Source of the DNA: Longimicrobiales bacterium
GTDB lineage: Bacteria > Gemmatimonadota > Gemmatimonadetes > Longimicrobiales > Gaopeijiaceae
DNA: 64,000 nt
Reading direction: 5' to 3'
Assembly: GCA_965202805.1 (NCBI GenBank)
Contig: OZ241869.1
Span: 1,664,001-1,728,000 of the forward strand
The first letter of the stretch is position 1; the number at the start of each line of letters is the position of its first letter. Positions 50,992 to 60,316 of the stretch are shown here, one piece after another. Under the pieces are notes generated by a model that did not search any database, had not been told where the DNA came from, and saw nothing but the letters and a program-made list of their open reading frames with translations. The translations under genes were made by a program, and so were the position numbers.

Positions 50992-51187
50992 ATATCCTCC
51001 GATGACCCTGTCCTTTCTCCGCCCCTACGGAGAAGTCGTCCGTACGCTTCGGGAGGGGCCGATGCGCTGGCGCCCAGCGAAACCAACCCCCCGAGTACTT
51101 CCGTACACCTTCCAGAGTGCGCGAGCCCCCCTGCAGCGGACAGGCGGTTCGCTCTGGGGGCGAATCAGGCGGGGAGTCACCGGTCGG

Positions 51188-52282
51188 ATGGGAACAGGCG
51201 CAAAGATAGTTGTCGGCACGATCGCGGTCGGAGGCCTGGGAGCCTCGGTGTTCGCAGTGGTCACGGCCGCGGGCGGCAGCGATGCGGAGGTGGACGCAGT
51301 CGCCGTGGAGAGGGGTGAGATCGTGGACCGCGCCCTCGCGGTCGGACGCATTGAACCGCTCGTCGAAGTAAGCGTGAAGTCACAGCTCGCGGGCGTCGTG
51401 CGCCGGATGTTCAAGGAGCCCGGCGAATACGTCCGGCAGGGTGAGCCTCTGCTCGAAGTCCAGCCCAACCCGACACCGATCGAGCTGGTCGAGGCGCGCC
51501 GCAACATCGAATTGCGCGAGATCGAGTTGCAGCAACTCGAGAGGCGTCGCGATCGGCTGGCTGCGTTGCGCGACCAGGAACTCGCATCGGAGGAGGCGCT
51601 CGAGGACGCCGAATATTCGCTCAGCGAGGTCTCGCTCCAGCTCCAGATCGCCCGGGAGCGCCTGGCCCTGCTCTCGGAAGGCCGCGTGACCATCGGAGAC
51701 GAGGCCGTGGAGACGGTCATCCAGAGCCCCATCCAGGGCTTCATCCTCGAGAAAATGGTGGAAATCGGAGATCCGGTGGTCCCGCTCACGACGTTCCAGG
51801 AAGGGACCGTCCTCATGACGATGGCCGAGATGGACGAACTGCTCTTTCGCGGAACGGTCGATGAGATCGATGTGGGCCGGCTGGCGGAGGGAATGCCGGT
51901 CGAGGTCACGATCGGGGCGCTTCCCGACACGCGCCTCGAGGGGCGGCTGACGAGGATTTCGCTCACGGGACGCGACGAGGAGAACGCGACCATCTTTCCG
52001 GTTGAAATCGCGGTCCTGCCCGCAGAGGGCACGTTGCTGAGAGCGGGCTATTCGGCCAACGCCCAGGTGATCATCGAGCGCCGCTCGGACATCCTGATCA
52101 TCCCGGAGCGCGTGGTCAGGTTCGAGGAAGGCGGAGCGTTCGTGACGGTTCGCGTGGGGCCCGAGGAGACCGAGGAGCGCGAGATCAGGACGGGTCTCAG
52201 CGACGGGATCAGCGTCGAGGTGCTCGACGGTCTGGCGGAGGGCGAGCGCGTCATGGAGCCCCCGCGGCGCGAGATCACCTAG
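51188..52282 (+). CDS. Efflux periplasmic adaptor (MacA-like)
   Basis: VSVKSQLAG, IQSPIQG, VDEIDVGRL, IRTGLSDG. Confidence 0.9.
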   Translation: MGTGAKIVVGTIAVGGLGASVFAVVTAAGGSDAEVDAVAVERGEIVDRALAVGRIEPLVEVSVKSQLAGVVRRMFKEPGEYVRQGEPLLEVQPNPTPIELVEARRNIELREIELQQLERRRDRLAALRDQELASEEALEDAEYSLSEVSLQLQIARERLALLSEGRVTIGDEAVETVIQSPIQGFILEKMVEIGDPVVPLTTFQEGTVLMTMAEMDELLFRGTVDEIDVGRLAEGMPVEVTIGALPDTRLEGRLTRISLTGRDEENATIFPVEIAVLPAEGTLLRAGYSANAQVIIERRSDILIIPERVVRFEEGGAFVTVRVGPEETEEREIRTGLSDGISVEVLDGLAEGERVMEPPRREIT

Positions 52283-52304
52283 GGCCGCGGGCAGTGGAGA
52301 AGCC

Positions 52305-53537
52305 GTGAGGCTCGTCGACGTGGTCCGGCAACTGTGGTCGGACCTTTCCGCTCAGCGCCTGCGCACGGTCCTGACCATCCTCGGGATCACCTGGGGCACG
52401 GTGGCGGTGGTCGTGCTGCTCGCTTTTTCGGTCGGGCTCGAAAGGCAGACGCTCAAGCGGTTTCACGGGCTGGGCGACCGGATCGTCGTGCTCTTCGGCG
52501 GACGCACCACGCTGGCCCACGCGGGGTTCAGGGAGGGCCGCACAGTCCGGCTGCGCGAGGCGGATGCCCGGATCCTCGCCCGCCAGATTCCCGACATCAC
52601 GATGATCAGCCCGGAGTACTCGACGCGCGAGGCCCCGGTCCGCCGCGGCCGGAACGGAGTCAATCCCAATATCACCGGCATTCATCCCGTCTATGGCGAA
52701 ATGCGGAACATCTTCCCGCTTCCGGGCGGCCGATTCATCAACGAGCGGGATCAGGCGGAGCGCCGCCGCGTCGTATTCCTCGGCGACGAGGTCGCTCGCG
52801 TGCTGTTCGGCGACGCGGATCCCGTTGGCGAACAGGTCAGGATCGGGGATTCCCCCTTCACCGTCATCGGCGTGCTCCAGCCCAAGATCCAGAACAGCTC
52901 CTACAACTCGCGCGACGAGGATCGGGTGTTCATTCCGGCGAGCACGCACGCAGCCCTTTTCGGCTCGCGCTTCGTCTCGAACCTGGTCTACCGGACGGCG
53001 GACGCCTCGCGCACCGCGGCGGTGGAGGCACGAGTCTACGAGGTGCTGGGCAGGAAGTACCGCTTCAATCCACGGGACGAGGACGCGCTCCAGGTCTGGG
53101 ACACGGCCGAATGGGAGCGCATGTTCGGCTTCCTGTTCCTCGGGTTCAAGCTGTTCTTCGCGATCGTGGGCACCTTCACGCTCAGCGTGGGTGGGATCGG
53201 CGTCGCGAACATCATGTACATCGTCGTGCAGGAACGCACGCGCGAGATCGGGATCAAGCGCTCGGTCGGCGCGACCCGAAGGTCCATCCTCTGGCAGTTT
53301 CTCGCGGAGAGCGTCCTCATCGTGGCTGTCGGGGCCGCGCTCGGCGTCCTTGTATCGGCGGGAATCGTGAAGGTGGTGTCTCTGTTCCCGATGAACGACA
53401 TCGTGGGCACGCCTGCCATCTCGCTCCAGGTGGCCGCTGTGACGATGGCGCTGCTCGCGTTCGTCGCGATGCTCGCCGGCCTCTTGCCCGCCCGTCGCGC
53501 CGCGGCGCTGGATCCCGTCGAATGTCTCCGTCACTAG
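52305..53537 (+). CDS. MacB/FtsX-type ABC permease
   Basis: GGIGVANIM..ERTREIGIK..GA, PARRAAALDP. Confidence 0.92.
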   Translation: MRLVDVVRQLWSDLSAQRLRTVLTILGITWGTVAVVVLLAFSVGLERQTLKRFHGLGDRIVVLFGGRTTLAHAGFREGRTVRLREADARILARQIPDITMISPEYSTREAPVRRGRNGVNPNITGIHPVYGEMRNIFPLPGGRFINERDQAERRRVVFLGDEVARVLFGDADPVGEQVRIGDSPFTVIGVLQPKIQNSSYNSRDEDRVFIPASTHAALFGSRFVSNLVYRTADASRTAAVEARVYEVLGRKYRFNPRDEDALQVWDTAEWERMFGFLFLGFKLFFAIVGTFTLSVGGIGVANIMYIVVQERTREIGIKRSVGATRRSILWQFLAESVLIVAVGAALGVLVSAGIVKVVSLFPMNDIVGTPAISLQVAAVTMALLAFVAMLAGLLPARRAAALDPVECLRH

Positions 53538-53590
53538 CACCGGCGCTGGCGCGTGCGCCGGCGCACCGCACCCGCCGGGTGGTCTGATCG

Positions 53591-54835
53591 ATGTGGAAGA
53601 TCCTCCTCGCAGACGTGCTCGGTGACCTGCGGGCCAACCGCATCCGCAGCTTCCTCACCATATTTGCGATGGTGTGGGGCACGATCTCGATCGTTCTGCT
53701 GCTCGCCTTCGGCCAGGGGCTCCGAACTCAGGTTTCGGAGGGCCTGCTCAATGCGGGAGAGCGAATCTTCATGGTCTACGGCGGCCAGACGAGCCTCGAG
53801 CACGAGGGTCTCTCGCAGGGACGCCGGATACGGCTGCGCGAAGAAGATCTCGACCTGGTCCTGCGTGCGATCCCGGAGTTCGAGTTCGGCAGCCCGTCCT
53901 ACGGGCGCAGCAGGACCCATCTCAAGGCGGGCGAGAACCAGACCACGACCTACATGGAGGGCGTGAACCCGATTTTCTCCGAGCTTCGGCGCATGTTCCC
54001 CGCTCCCGGCGGACGGTTCATCAATCAGCGCGACCTGGATCAGAGGCGGCGCGTGCTCTTTCTGGGTGACGAGATCGCGGCGCGCCTGTTCGGCAGCACA
54101 CCGCCCGTGGGACAGACGGTCCTGCTCGACGGGCTCTCCTTCCGGGTGATCGGCGTGATGGAATCCAAATTCCAGGATTCGAGCAACAACGGTCCGGACG
54201 AGAACCGCGCGGTGATCCCGGCCTCGACGTTCCGGAGCATCTATGGCAACGAATTCGTGAACCACCTCCTCGTGCGGCCGCGCAACGTGGCAGACGCGCC
54301 GGTCGCCAAGCGGGAGCTGTACCGGGTTCTGGGTGGCCGGCACAGGTTCGATCCTGCGGACGAACGAGCGCTCGGCATCTGGGACTTCATCGAAGACGAG
54401 AAGATCGTGGGTCAGATCGGCTACGGCATCCAGGTCTTCCTGGGGCTGGTAGGCGCCTTCACGCTGCTGGTCGCCGGGGTCGGCGTCGCGAACATCATGT
54501 ATGTCGTCGTGCGTGAGCGGACACGGGAGATCGGCATCAAGCTCGCCGTGGGCGCGCGCCGACGGCACATCGTCAACCAGTTCCTGTCGGAAGCGGTCGT
54601 CATCACGGTCGGCGGGGGTTTGCTCGGACTCGCCATCGCCTCGCTCCTGGTCGTCGGCATCGACAGCATTCCCAGCGAGAACCCGGCCATGGAGTACATC
54701 CTGAACCCGAAACTCTCGCTCCCGATCGCGTCGATCTGCGTCGGCATGCTCATGGCGATCGGGCTCGTGGCCGGAATCCTGCCTGCGCGCAAGGCGGCGC
54801 GTCTCGATCCGGTGGAGTCCCTGAGGTACGAATAA
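53591..54835 (+). CDS. MacB/FtsX-type ABC permease (paralogue)
   Basis: GVGVANIM..ERTREIGIK, PARKAARLDPVESLRYE. Confidence 0.92.
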   Translation: MWKILLADVLGDLRANRIRSFLTIFAMVWGTISIVLLLAFGQGLRTQVSEGLLNAGERIFMVYGGQTSLEHEGLSQGRRIRLREEDLDLVLRAIPEFEFGSPSYGRSRTHLKAGENQTTTYMEGVNPIFSELRRMFPAPGGRFINQRDLDQRRRVLFLGDEIAARLFGSTPPVGQTVLLDGLSFRVIGVMESKFQDSSNNGPDENRAVIPASTFRSIYGNEFVNHLLVRPRNVADAPVAKRELYRVLGGRHRFDPADERALGIWDFIEDEKIVGQIGYGIQVFLGLVGAFTLLVAGVGVANIMYVVVRERTREIGIKLAVGARRRHIVNQFLSEAVVITVGGGLLGLAIASLLVVGIDSIPSENPAMEYILNPKLSLPIASICVGMLMAIGLVAGILPARKAARLDPVESLRYE

Positions 54836-54858
54836 AGGGAGCGCAAGCCATGCTTGTG

Positions 54859-54892
54859 CCACGCCCATCCGCCGACCACGTCGTGGGCCGAG
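54859..54892. repeat. 34-bp exact copy of 56007-56040 (internal to the SBP gene)
   Basis: CCACGCCCATCCGCCGACCACGTCGTGGGCCGAG at both sites. Confidence 0.9.
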
Positions 54893-54899
54893 CGTGCAG

Positions 54900-54966
54900 T
54901 TGACATGCAAGTACACGCTTGCGTATCATCCAGCCTTGACATGCAAGTGGCTGCTTGCGTTAGACT
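54900..54966 (+). promoter_or_regulatory. Tandem duplicated promoter/operator
   Basis: TTGACATGCAAGT..GCTTGCGT twice (36-bp period), followed by TATCAT and TAGACT. Confidence 0.7.
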
Positions 54967-54971
54967 GGCAT

Positions 54972-55337
54972 GTGGACATTTATCGCGCGATCGCTGACCG
55001 CACCAGGCGGGCCATCCTGGATGAGCTCGTCGATCGGTCGGGTCAATCGCTCTTCGAACTCTGTGGGCGCCTGATCATGAAACACGGCATCAGCTCCTCG
55101 CGGCAGGCGATCTCGCAACATCTGGACGTCCTGGAAGCCGCCGGGCTCATTCGCACGAGGCGCGAGGGAAGGTCGAAGCTCCACTGGTTCGAGGGCGCCC
55201 CGCTGAAGGCGATCAGGGAGCGGTGGCCGGTCTCGACGGACCAGGACGCTTCACCGGACCAGGACGCTTCACCGGACCAGGATGCTTCACAAGACCAGGA
55301 CCCTTCACACTCAACGGATGAGGATATCGAGAAATGA
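54972..55337 (+). CDS. ArsR-family regulator with a DQDASP repeat tail
   Basis: AIADRTRRAIL, SRQAISQHLDVLEAAGLI..REGR; 18-bp tandem repeat near the 3' end. Confidence 0.88.
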   Translation: MDIYRAIADRTRRAILDELVDRSGQSLFELCGRLIMKHGISSSRQAISQHLDVLEAAGLIRTRREGRSKLHWFEGAPLKAIRERWPVSTDQDASPDQDASPDQDASQDQDPSHSTDEDIEK

Positions 55338-55729
55338 GAATCAACCTGACCGGCGTCTTCGTGGACGACCAGCAGAAGGCACTTCGTTTCTACACGGAGA
55401 CGCTCGGCTTTCGGGTAAAGCACAACATCCCTCTGGGAGAGCACTCCTGGATCACCGTTGTATCCGAGGAAGCTCCGGACGGGACGGAGTTGCTGCTCGA
55501 GCCTGCTGAACACCCCGCAGTCCGTCCATTCAGAACGGCGCTTGTGGAGGACGGGATCCCCAGTGCCAGCTTCGCAGTCGATGATATTGAAGCCGAATAC
55601 GAGCGCCTCGTAGCAAAGGGTGTGCGGTTCGTTCAGCCGCCAACGGACCTCGGGAGTGTCATTACCGCAGTCTTCGACGACTCATGCGGCAACTTGATCC
55701 AGATTGCGGAGGAGAAGCGTCAACCGTGA
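55334..55729 (+). CDS. VOC/glyoxalase family protein
   Basis: VDDQQKALRFYTETLGF, FDDSCGNLIQI. Confidence 0.92.
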   Translation: MRINLTGVFVDDQQKALRFYTETLGFRVKHNIPLGEHSWITVVSEEAPDGTELLLEPAEHPAVRPFRTALVEDGIPSASFAVDDIEAEYERLVAKGVRFVQPPTDLGSVITAVFDDSCGNLIQIAEEKRQP

Positions 55730-55757
55730 CGGGCCGGGAGGCCGCGCGGCGGACCCC

Positions 55758-57437
55758 TCACGGGGCCTCTTCCCCCACCAGATATGCATTGTGCACAAAA
55801 TAGAACTGTCCCTCCGACATCAGCTCGAAGTCGCGCACCTCGTCTGACACGGCATAGAAGATCGGCTCGCTCAGCGTCGGCAGCATGAGCGCGTTCTCCA
55901 TGATGATGCGCTGGGCTTCCTGGGCCAGCTCGCACCGGGCCTCCCGGTCCGGGATGGTCCTGAGCTGACCCACGAGCCGGTCCAGTTCCTCGTCCACGAA
56001 GCCGGTCCACGCCCATCCGCCGACCACGTCGTGGGCCGAGTTCCAGAGCATGTCCATCAGCAGCGGGTCGGGGCTGCGCTGGCGCTCGTACATCAGGTCG
56101 AAGTCGCGGTTGTTGACCATCTCGAGCTGCACCGGGCCGGGCACGATCTCGATGGCCACGTCGATGCCGATCGCGCGCCACTGGGCCTGGACCGCCTCGC
56201 CCATCTCCTCGCGGTCGAGGATGGTCCAGCGCACGCGGAGCGGCGTGCCGTCCTCCACGCCGGCGATGCCGTATGCCTCGCGGATTCCGTCGCCGTCCCG
56301 GTCCGTGTAGCCGGCCTCTTCCAGAAGCCGCCGTGCGGTCCCGGGGTCGTGCGGGTAGAGGTCCGCGTTCCCTTCCCAGTAGCACGGATGGACCGTGTTC
56401 AGCGGGCCGTCGGATGGCAGAAAGTGCCCGTCGTACAGCAGATCGTTGATCGCGGGCTGATCGGTTGCGTACAGCACGGCCTGCCGGACCCGCAGGTCGC
56501 TGAAGGGCGGACGCCGCACGTTCATGACCATCTGCAGCCCGGTCCCGGCCTGGTAGCCGGTCAGCAGCGAGAAGCCCTCCGCATCGCGGTAATCTTCGAT
56601 GTAGGCCGTGGGCAGATTCATGGCGATATGGGCGTTGCCGGTGCGGACGATGTTGCCCAGGACCGCCTCCTCGCCGATGAAGCGGACCGTGATCCGCTCG
56701 ACCTTCGCGGGACCCGCGTCGTTGCTGATGGAGTTCCAGCCGCCGTAGCCGTCCCAGCGCCGCACGGTTACGTGATCGTTGGGCACCCACTCCTCAAGCA
56801 GGAACGGCCCCGCGCCCACCAGGTGCCTGTCGAACTCCTCGATGCCCCACTGCTCCGCGGCCGCGGGAGACCAGATCGGGACCCTGCGGAAGGCGTCGAG
56901 GACTGTCACCCACGGCGCCTCGTAGTGGAGCGTGACGGTTGTGTCGTCGACCACCTCCACCCGCTCGACCGGCCCGATGTGGGCCGCCATCTCCCCGGAG
57001 CGCGTCGCCGGGTCGAGGATGCGCTCGACGTTGTACCTGACGGCCTCCGCGTCGAAGGGGGTGCCGTCCTGGAACACGACCCCGCTCTTCAGCGTGAACG
57101 TCCATTCGTCCGCGACATCGTTCGAGGACCAGCTCGCAGCCAGCGCCGGATGGAACTCGCCGTCCGGCCCGAGGATCAGCAGCGGATCGGTGATCTTGTA
57201 GTCGATGAGCCACGCGGTCTGGTACGGCTCGATGTGGCCATCGAGCGAGGCGGGCTCGCGGGAGGCGGTCCAGGCGATGATGAGTTCGTCGGGGGAGGCG
57301 CCGGGGCGGGACCCTCCGTCACCGCAGGCCACGAGCAACAGGGTGACCGCGAGCAGTCCCGCCGTTACCAGGCGCGGGACGCCATCCGGGATCCCCGATG
57401 CTACATCGCCAAGCCCGACTTCAACCGACGTCTGCAA
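55758..57437 (-). CDS. Peptide-type ABC substrate-binding lipoprotein (family 5)
   Basis: Lipobox LVAC, LAASW, FQDGTPFDAEAV, GAGPF, VRQAV; true start probably slightly downstream. Confidence 0.92.
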   Translation of the reverse strand: MQTSVEVGLGDVASGIPDGVPRLVTAGLLAVTLLLVACGDGGSRPGASPDELIIAWTASREPASLDGHIEPYQTAWLIDYKITDPLLILGPDGEFHPALAASWSSNDVADEWTFTLKSGVVFQDGTPFDAEAVRYNVERILDPATRSGEMAAHIGPVERVEVVDDTTVTLHYEAPWVTVLDAFRRVPIWSPAAAEQWGIEEFDRHLVGAGPFLLEEWVPNDHVTVRRWDGYGGWNSISNDAGPAKVERITVRFIGEEAVLGNIVRTGNAHIAMNLPTAYIEDYRDAEGFSLLTGYQAGTGLQMVMNVRRPPFSDLRVRQAVLYATDQPAINDLLYDGHFLPSDGPLNTVHPCYWEGNADLYPHDPGTARRLLEEAGYTDRDGDGIREAYGIAGVEDGTPLRVRWTILDREEMGEAVQAQWRAIGIDVAIEIVPGPVQLEMVNNRDFDLMYERQRSPDPLLMDMLWNSAHDVVGGWAWTGFVDEELDRLVGQLRTIPDREARCELAQEAQRIIMENALMLPTLSEPIFYAVSDEVRDFELMSEGQFYFVHNAYLVGEEAP

Positions 57438-57473
57438 GCCCTTCAGCCCTCTGCCTCGGCACGCCCGGGAGCC

Positions 57474-58883
57474 TCAATACGGCAGGAAGAACAGCGCCAG
57501 CGCGATGAAGGGGACCAGCAGGATCATCATCGTGATGCCGTAGCCGAACATGTCGCGGGCGCGCAGGCCCGTGATGGCGAGCAGCGGGATTGCCCAGAAC
57601 GGGTTGAACAGGTTGGTGTGCGCGTCGCCGACGGCGTAGGCGGCGATGGTCTGGCCGTGCGGGACGCCCAGTTCCGCCCCTGCTTGCATCATCGGGCCCC
57701 CGACGATAGCCCATTCGCTCCCCGCCGAGGGCACGAAGACGTTCAGGATGCCGCCCGTGATCCAGGTGACCACGGGGAAGACGTCGGGGTTGGCGGCCGA
57801 GATCTCGAGCAGGCTCTGCGTCATCGTATCCACGAGCCCGGTCCCGGTCATGATCCCGACGATTCCCGCATAGAAGGGGAACTGGAGGATGATGCCGGCG
57901 CTTCCCTTCACCGCGTCGGTGAACTCGTCCTGATACCTGGAAGGGCTGATGAACAGGAGCATCCCGATCATCAGGAACCCGAAGTTGAAGACGTTCAGGT
58001 CGAGAGCGCCCATCGGGTCCGTCACGAATTCCCGAACCAGCATCACGACGCCCGTCAGCGCGATGATTCCGCCCAGGATGCGGCTGTGGTTGATGCGGTC
58101 GGCCGGACTCGGCTTGGCGATGGCCGGCGCGGGGGGAGAAGCGTCGTCCGCCTCGTCTTCATCGGGAACGTAGCGCGCGATTCCGCGGCAATTCTGATCC
58201 GGCGGCGCGAGCAGATAGAGCATCAGGCACCCGTAGGCGAGCGCGAGCCCCGTGAGCAGCAGCGGATAGGGATGGAAGACCCACTCGCTGGCCGGGATCA
58301 CCCGGTCGACGATGCCCATCTGCATGAAGACGTTGTTGTCCGTCGCCTGCAGGAGGCCCGCGGAGCTGGACATGCCCCACCCCCAGGTCAGGCTCATGCC
58401 CATGTATCCCGCCACGGCGAGCAGCGGATAGTGGACAGCCATGCTCCTGCGGTGGGCCACCTTTCCCATCTCGCGCGCGAGGATGGCGCCGAAGATGAGC
58501 CCGAGGCCCCACGAGATCCATCCCGTCAGCATCGAACCCACGCCTACCAGCACCACCGCCTGGCGCCCGTTCCGGGGGAGCCGCACCAGCCAGAGAATAC
58601 CCCGCTTCACGATGGGGTGGTACGCCACCACGAACCCGGTCACCAGGATGATGACCATCTGCATGGCGAAGGTGAGCAGAACCCAGAAGCCGTCGTACCA
58701 CGCGAAGGCGATCTCGGCGGGGCTCGATCCCTCCGACAGCCAGGCCGTTACCGCGGCGACATAGGTGAGGATGATGGCGAACAGGAACGGGTTCGGCATC
58801 CATCGTTCGACGAAGTCCGCGATGACCTCACCGAACTTCTGTACGGGCGTAAGCCTGGGTTCTCCGGCGGGGGTCTGGGCCAA
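57474..58883 (-). CDS. atoE: Short-chain fatty acid transporter (AtoE family)
   Basis: ERWMPNPFLFA, FAMQM, QFPFYAGI, NVFVPSAG, PFWAIPLL. Confidence 0.88.
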   Translation of the reverse strand: MAQTPAGEPRLTPVQKFGEVIADFVERWMPNPFLFAIILTYVAAVTAWLSEGSSPAEIAFAWYDGFWVLLTFAMQMVIILVTGFVVAYHPIVKRGILWLVRLPRNGRQAVVLVGVGSMLTGWISWGLGLIFGAILAREMGKVAHRRSMAVHYPLLAVAGYMGMSLTWGWGMSSSAGLLQATDNNVFMQMGIVDRVIPASEWVFHPYPLLLTGLALAYGCLMLYLLAPPDQNCRGIARYVPDEDEADDASPPAPAIAKPSPADRINHSRILGGIIALTGVVMLVREFVTDPMGALDLNVFNFGFLMIGMLLFISPSRYQDEFTDAVKGSAGIILQFPFYAGIVGIMTGTGLVDTMTQSLLEISAANPDVFPVVTWITGGILNVFVPSAGSEWAIVGGPMMQAGAELGVPHGQTIAAYAVGDAHTNLFNPFWAIPLLAITGLRARDMFGYGITMMILLVPFIALALFFLPY

Positions 58884-59085
58884 GGTGCTTCCTCCCTCTG
58901 GCGTCTTCGGAGTTCAACTCGCCCGCGGGTCCCGGCTGCGGGGCGGCAACCCGGCAACATACGGAGCAGGCTGCTCCGGGAACAGTAAAGCGTGCGGGGT
59001 CTTGCCCTTGCCCGGAGCCCGGGGTGCAGGCACGATGGGAAGGATTCCCCGCTCGGCATCCAACCGCCCCAGCCAAGGTGGTGCC

Positions 59086-60273
59086 ATGTTCGCTCGCAAG
59101 ACGCCTTCGGCCTTCGCCTTTCTTCCCGATCGCCGAACCGGGCGACCATCTCCAACCGGGTTGCCGCTCGTGTTCGCGGTCCTGGCTGGTGCGACCGCGG
59201 CCTGCGCGGCACCGGATGATCCCGACTCTTCAGGCGCTCCCGATTCTGCCGGTGGGACGGCGGACGGGGTTCCGCAGTTCGAGCCCGTCGAAGGCTGGTT
59301 CCAGCTGCCTGAGGGCTTCGAGTGGGGGCAGGTGATCGGCCTCTTCGCCGACGCCAGGGGACACGTCTGGACCTCGAACAACAGCCGGATAGGGGAGTGG
59401 GACGCCGAGGGGAACCTGGTGCAGTCGTGGAACGCGGCGGGCCCGGACGGCGACTGGAGCACGATTCACGGACTCTTCGTGGACCACAACGACTTCGTGT
59501 GGACGAACGCGCGAGAGAGCCAGATGACGCTCAAGTTCACGCGCGACGGCGAGCACGTGATGACGCTCGGGCGCTTCGATGAAACGGGGGGCAGCAACGA
59601 CCCGACGCTCATGGGCAGGCCAGCCGAGATATGGGTCGATCCCGAGGACAACGAGGTCTTCATCGCCGACGGATACGGCAACCGGCGGGTGATCGTCTTC
59701 GATGGCGAGAGCGGGGAATACCTGCGCCACTGGGGCGCGTACGGGGAGCGGCCGGACGACGACTACGAATGGGATCCGATGTCGGGAGAGCCGTCCCGCC
59801 AGTTCCAGACCGCGCACGGGATCTTCGGTTCCCGGGACGGGCTCATCTACCTGGCGGACCGGGCCAACAACCGGATCCAGGTCTTCCGGCAGAACGGCGA
59901 ATACGTGATGGAGAAGATCGTGCGTCCGCTGTGCCCGCCCGAGGGCGAGCCGGTGCCGGATTGCGGAGGCTCGGCGACCTTTTCCGTCGGTTTTTCGCCC
60001 GACGAGGCACAGACCTGGCTCTACGTTGCCGACGGCGGTTCGCATGTGATTCTGGTCCTGCGGCGCTCGGACCTGGAGGTCGTGGATGAGTTCGGGGGGC
60101 CCGGAGTGGGTCCCGGAGAGTTCGGGCGGCCCCACAACCTGTCCATGGATCCCCAGGGGAACATGTTCGTGGCCGAAGCAGCCGGGCCCATGGTGGTCAA
60201 CGCCGCCGGAGACAGTGTCCAGGCCGGGTTCCGGGCACAGAAGTTCGCGGTGCGGGGAGCGGAGGGGACTTAG
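59086..60273 (+). CDS. NHL-repeat beta-propeller lipoprotein
   Basis: TAAC lipobox, FIADGYGNRRV, YLADRANNRIQVF, HNL. Confidence 0.85.
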   Translation: MFARKTPSAFAFLPDRRTGRPSPTGLPLVFAVLAGATAACAAPDDPDSSGAPDSAGGTADGVPQFEPVEGWFQLPEGFEWGQVIGLFADARGHVWTSNNSRIGEWDAEGNLVQSWNAAGPDGDWSTIHGLFVDHNDFVWTNARESQMTLKFTRDGEHVMTLGRFDETGGSNDPTLMGRPAEIWVDPEDNEVFIADGYGNRRVIVFDGESGEYLRHWGAYGERPDDDYEWDPMSGEPSRQFQTAHGIFGSRDGLIYLADRANNRIQVFRQNGEYVMEKIVRPLCPPEGEPVPDCGGSATFSVGFSPDEAQTWLYVADGGSHVILVLRRSDLEVVDEFGGPGVGPGEFGRPHNLSMDPQGNMFVAEAAGPMVVNAAGDSVQAGFRAQKFAVRGAEGT

Positions 60274-60316
60274 GAGGCGAGCGCCCGATGGATGGGGACG
60301 ACTCGGTGAATGACTC

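Noticed and set aside
56031..58988. 985-aa + strand ORF
   Set aside because: Antisense shadow of the SBP and atoE genes
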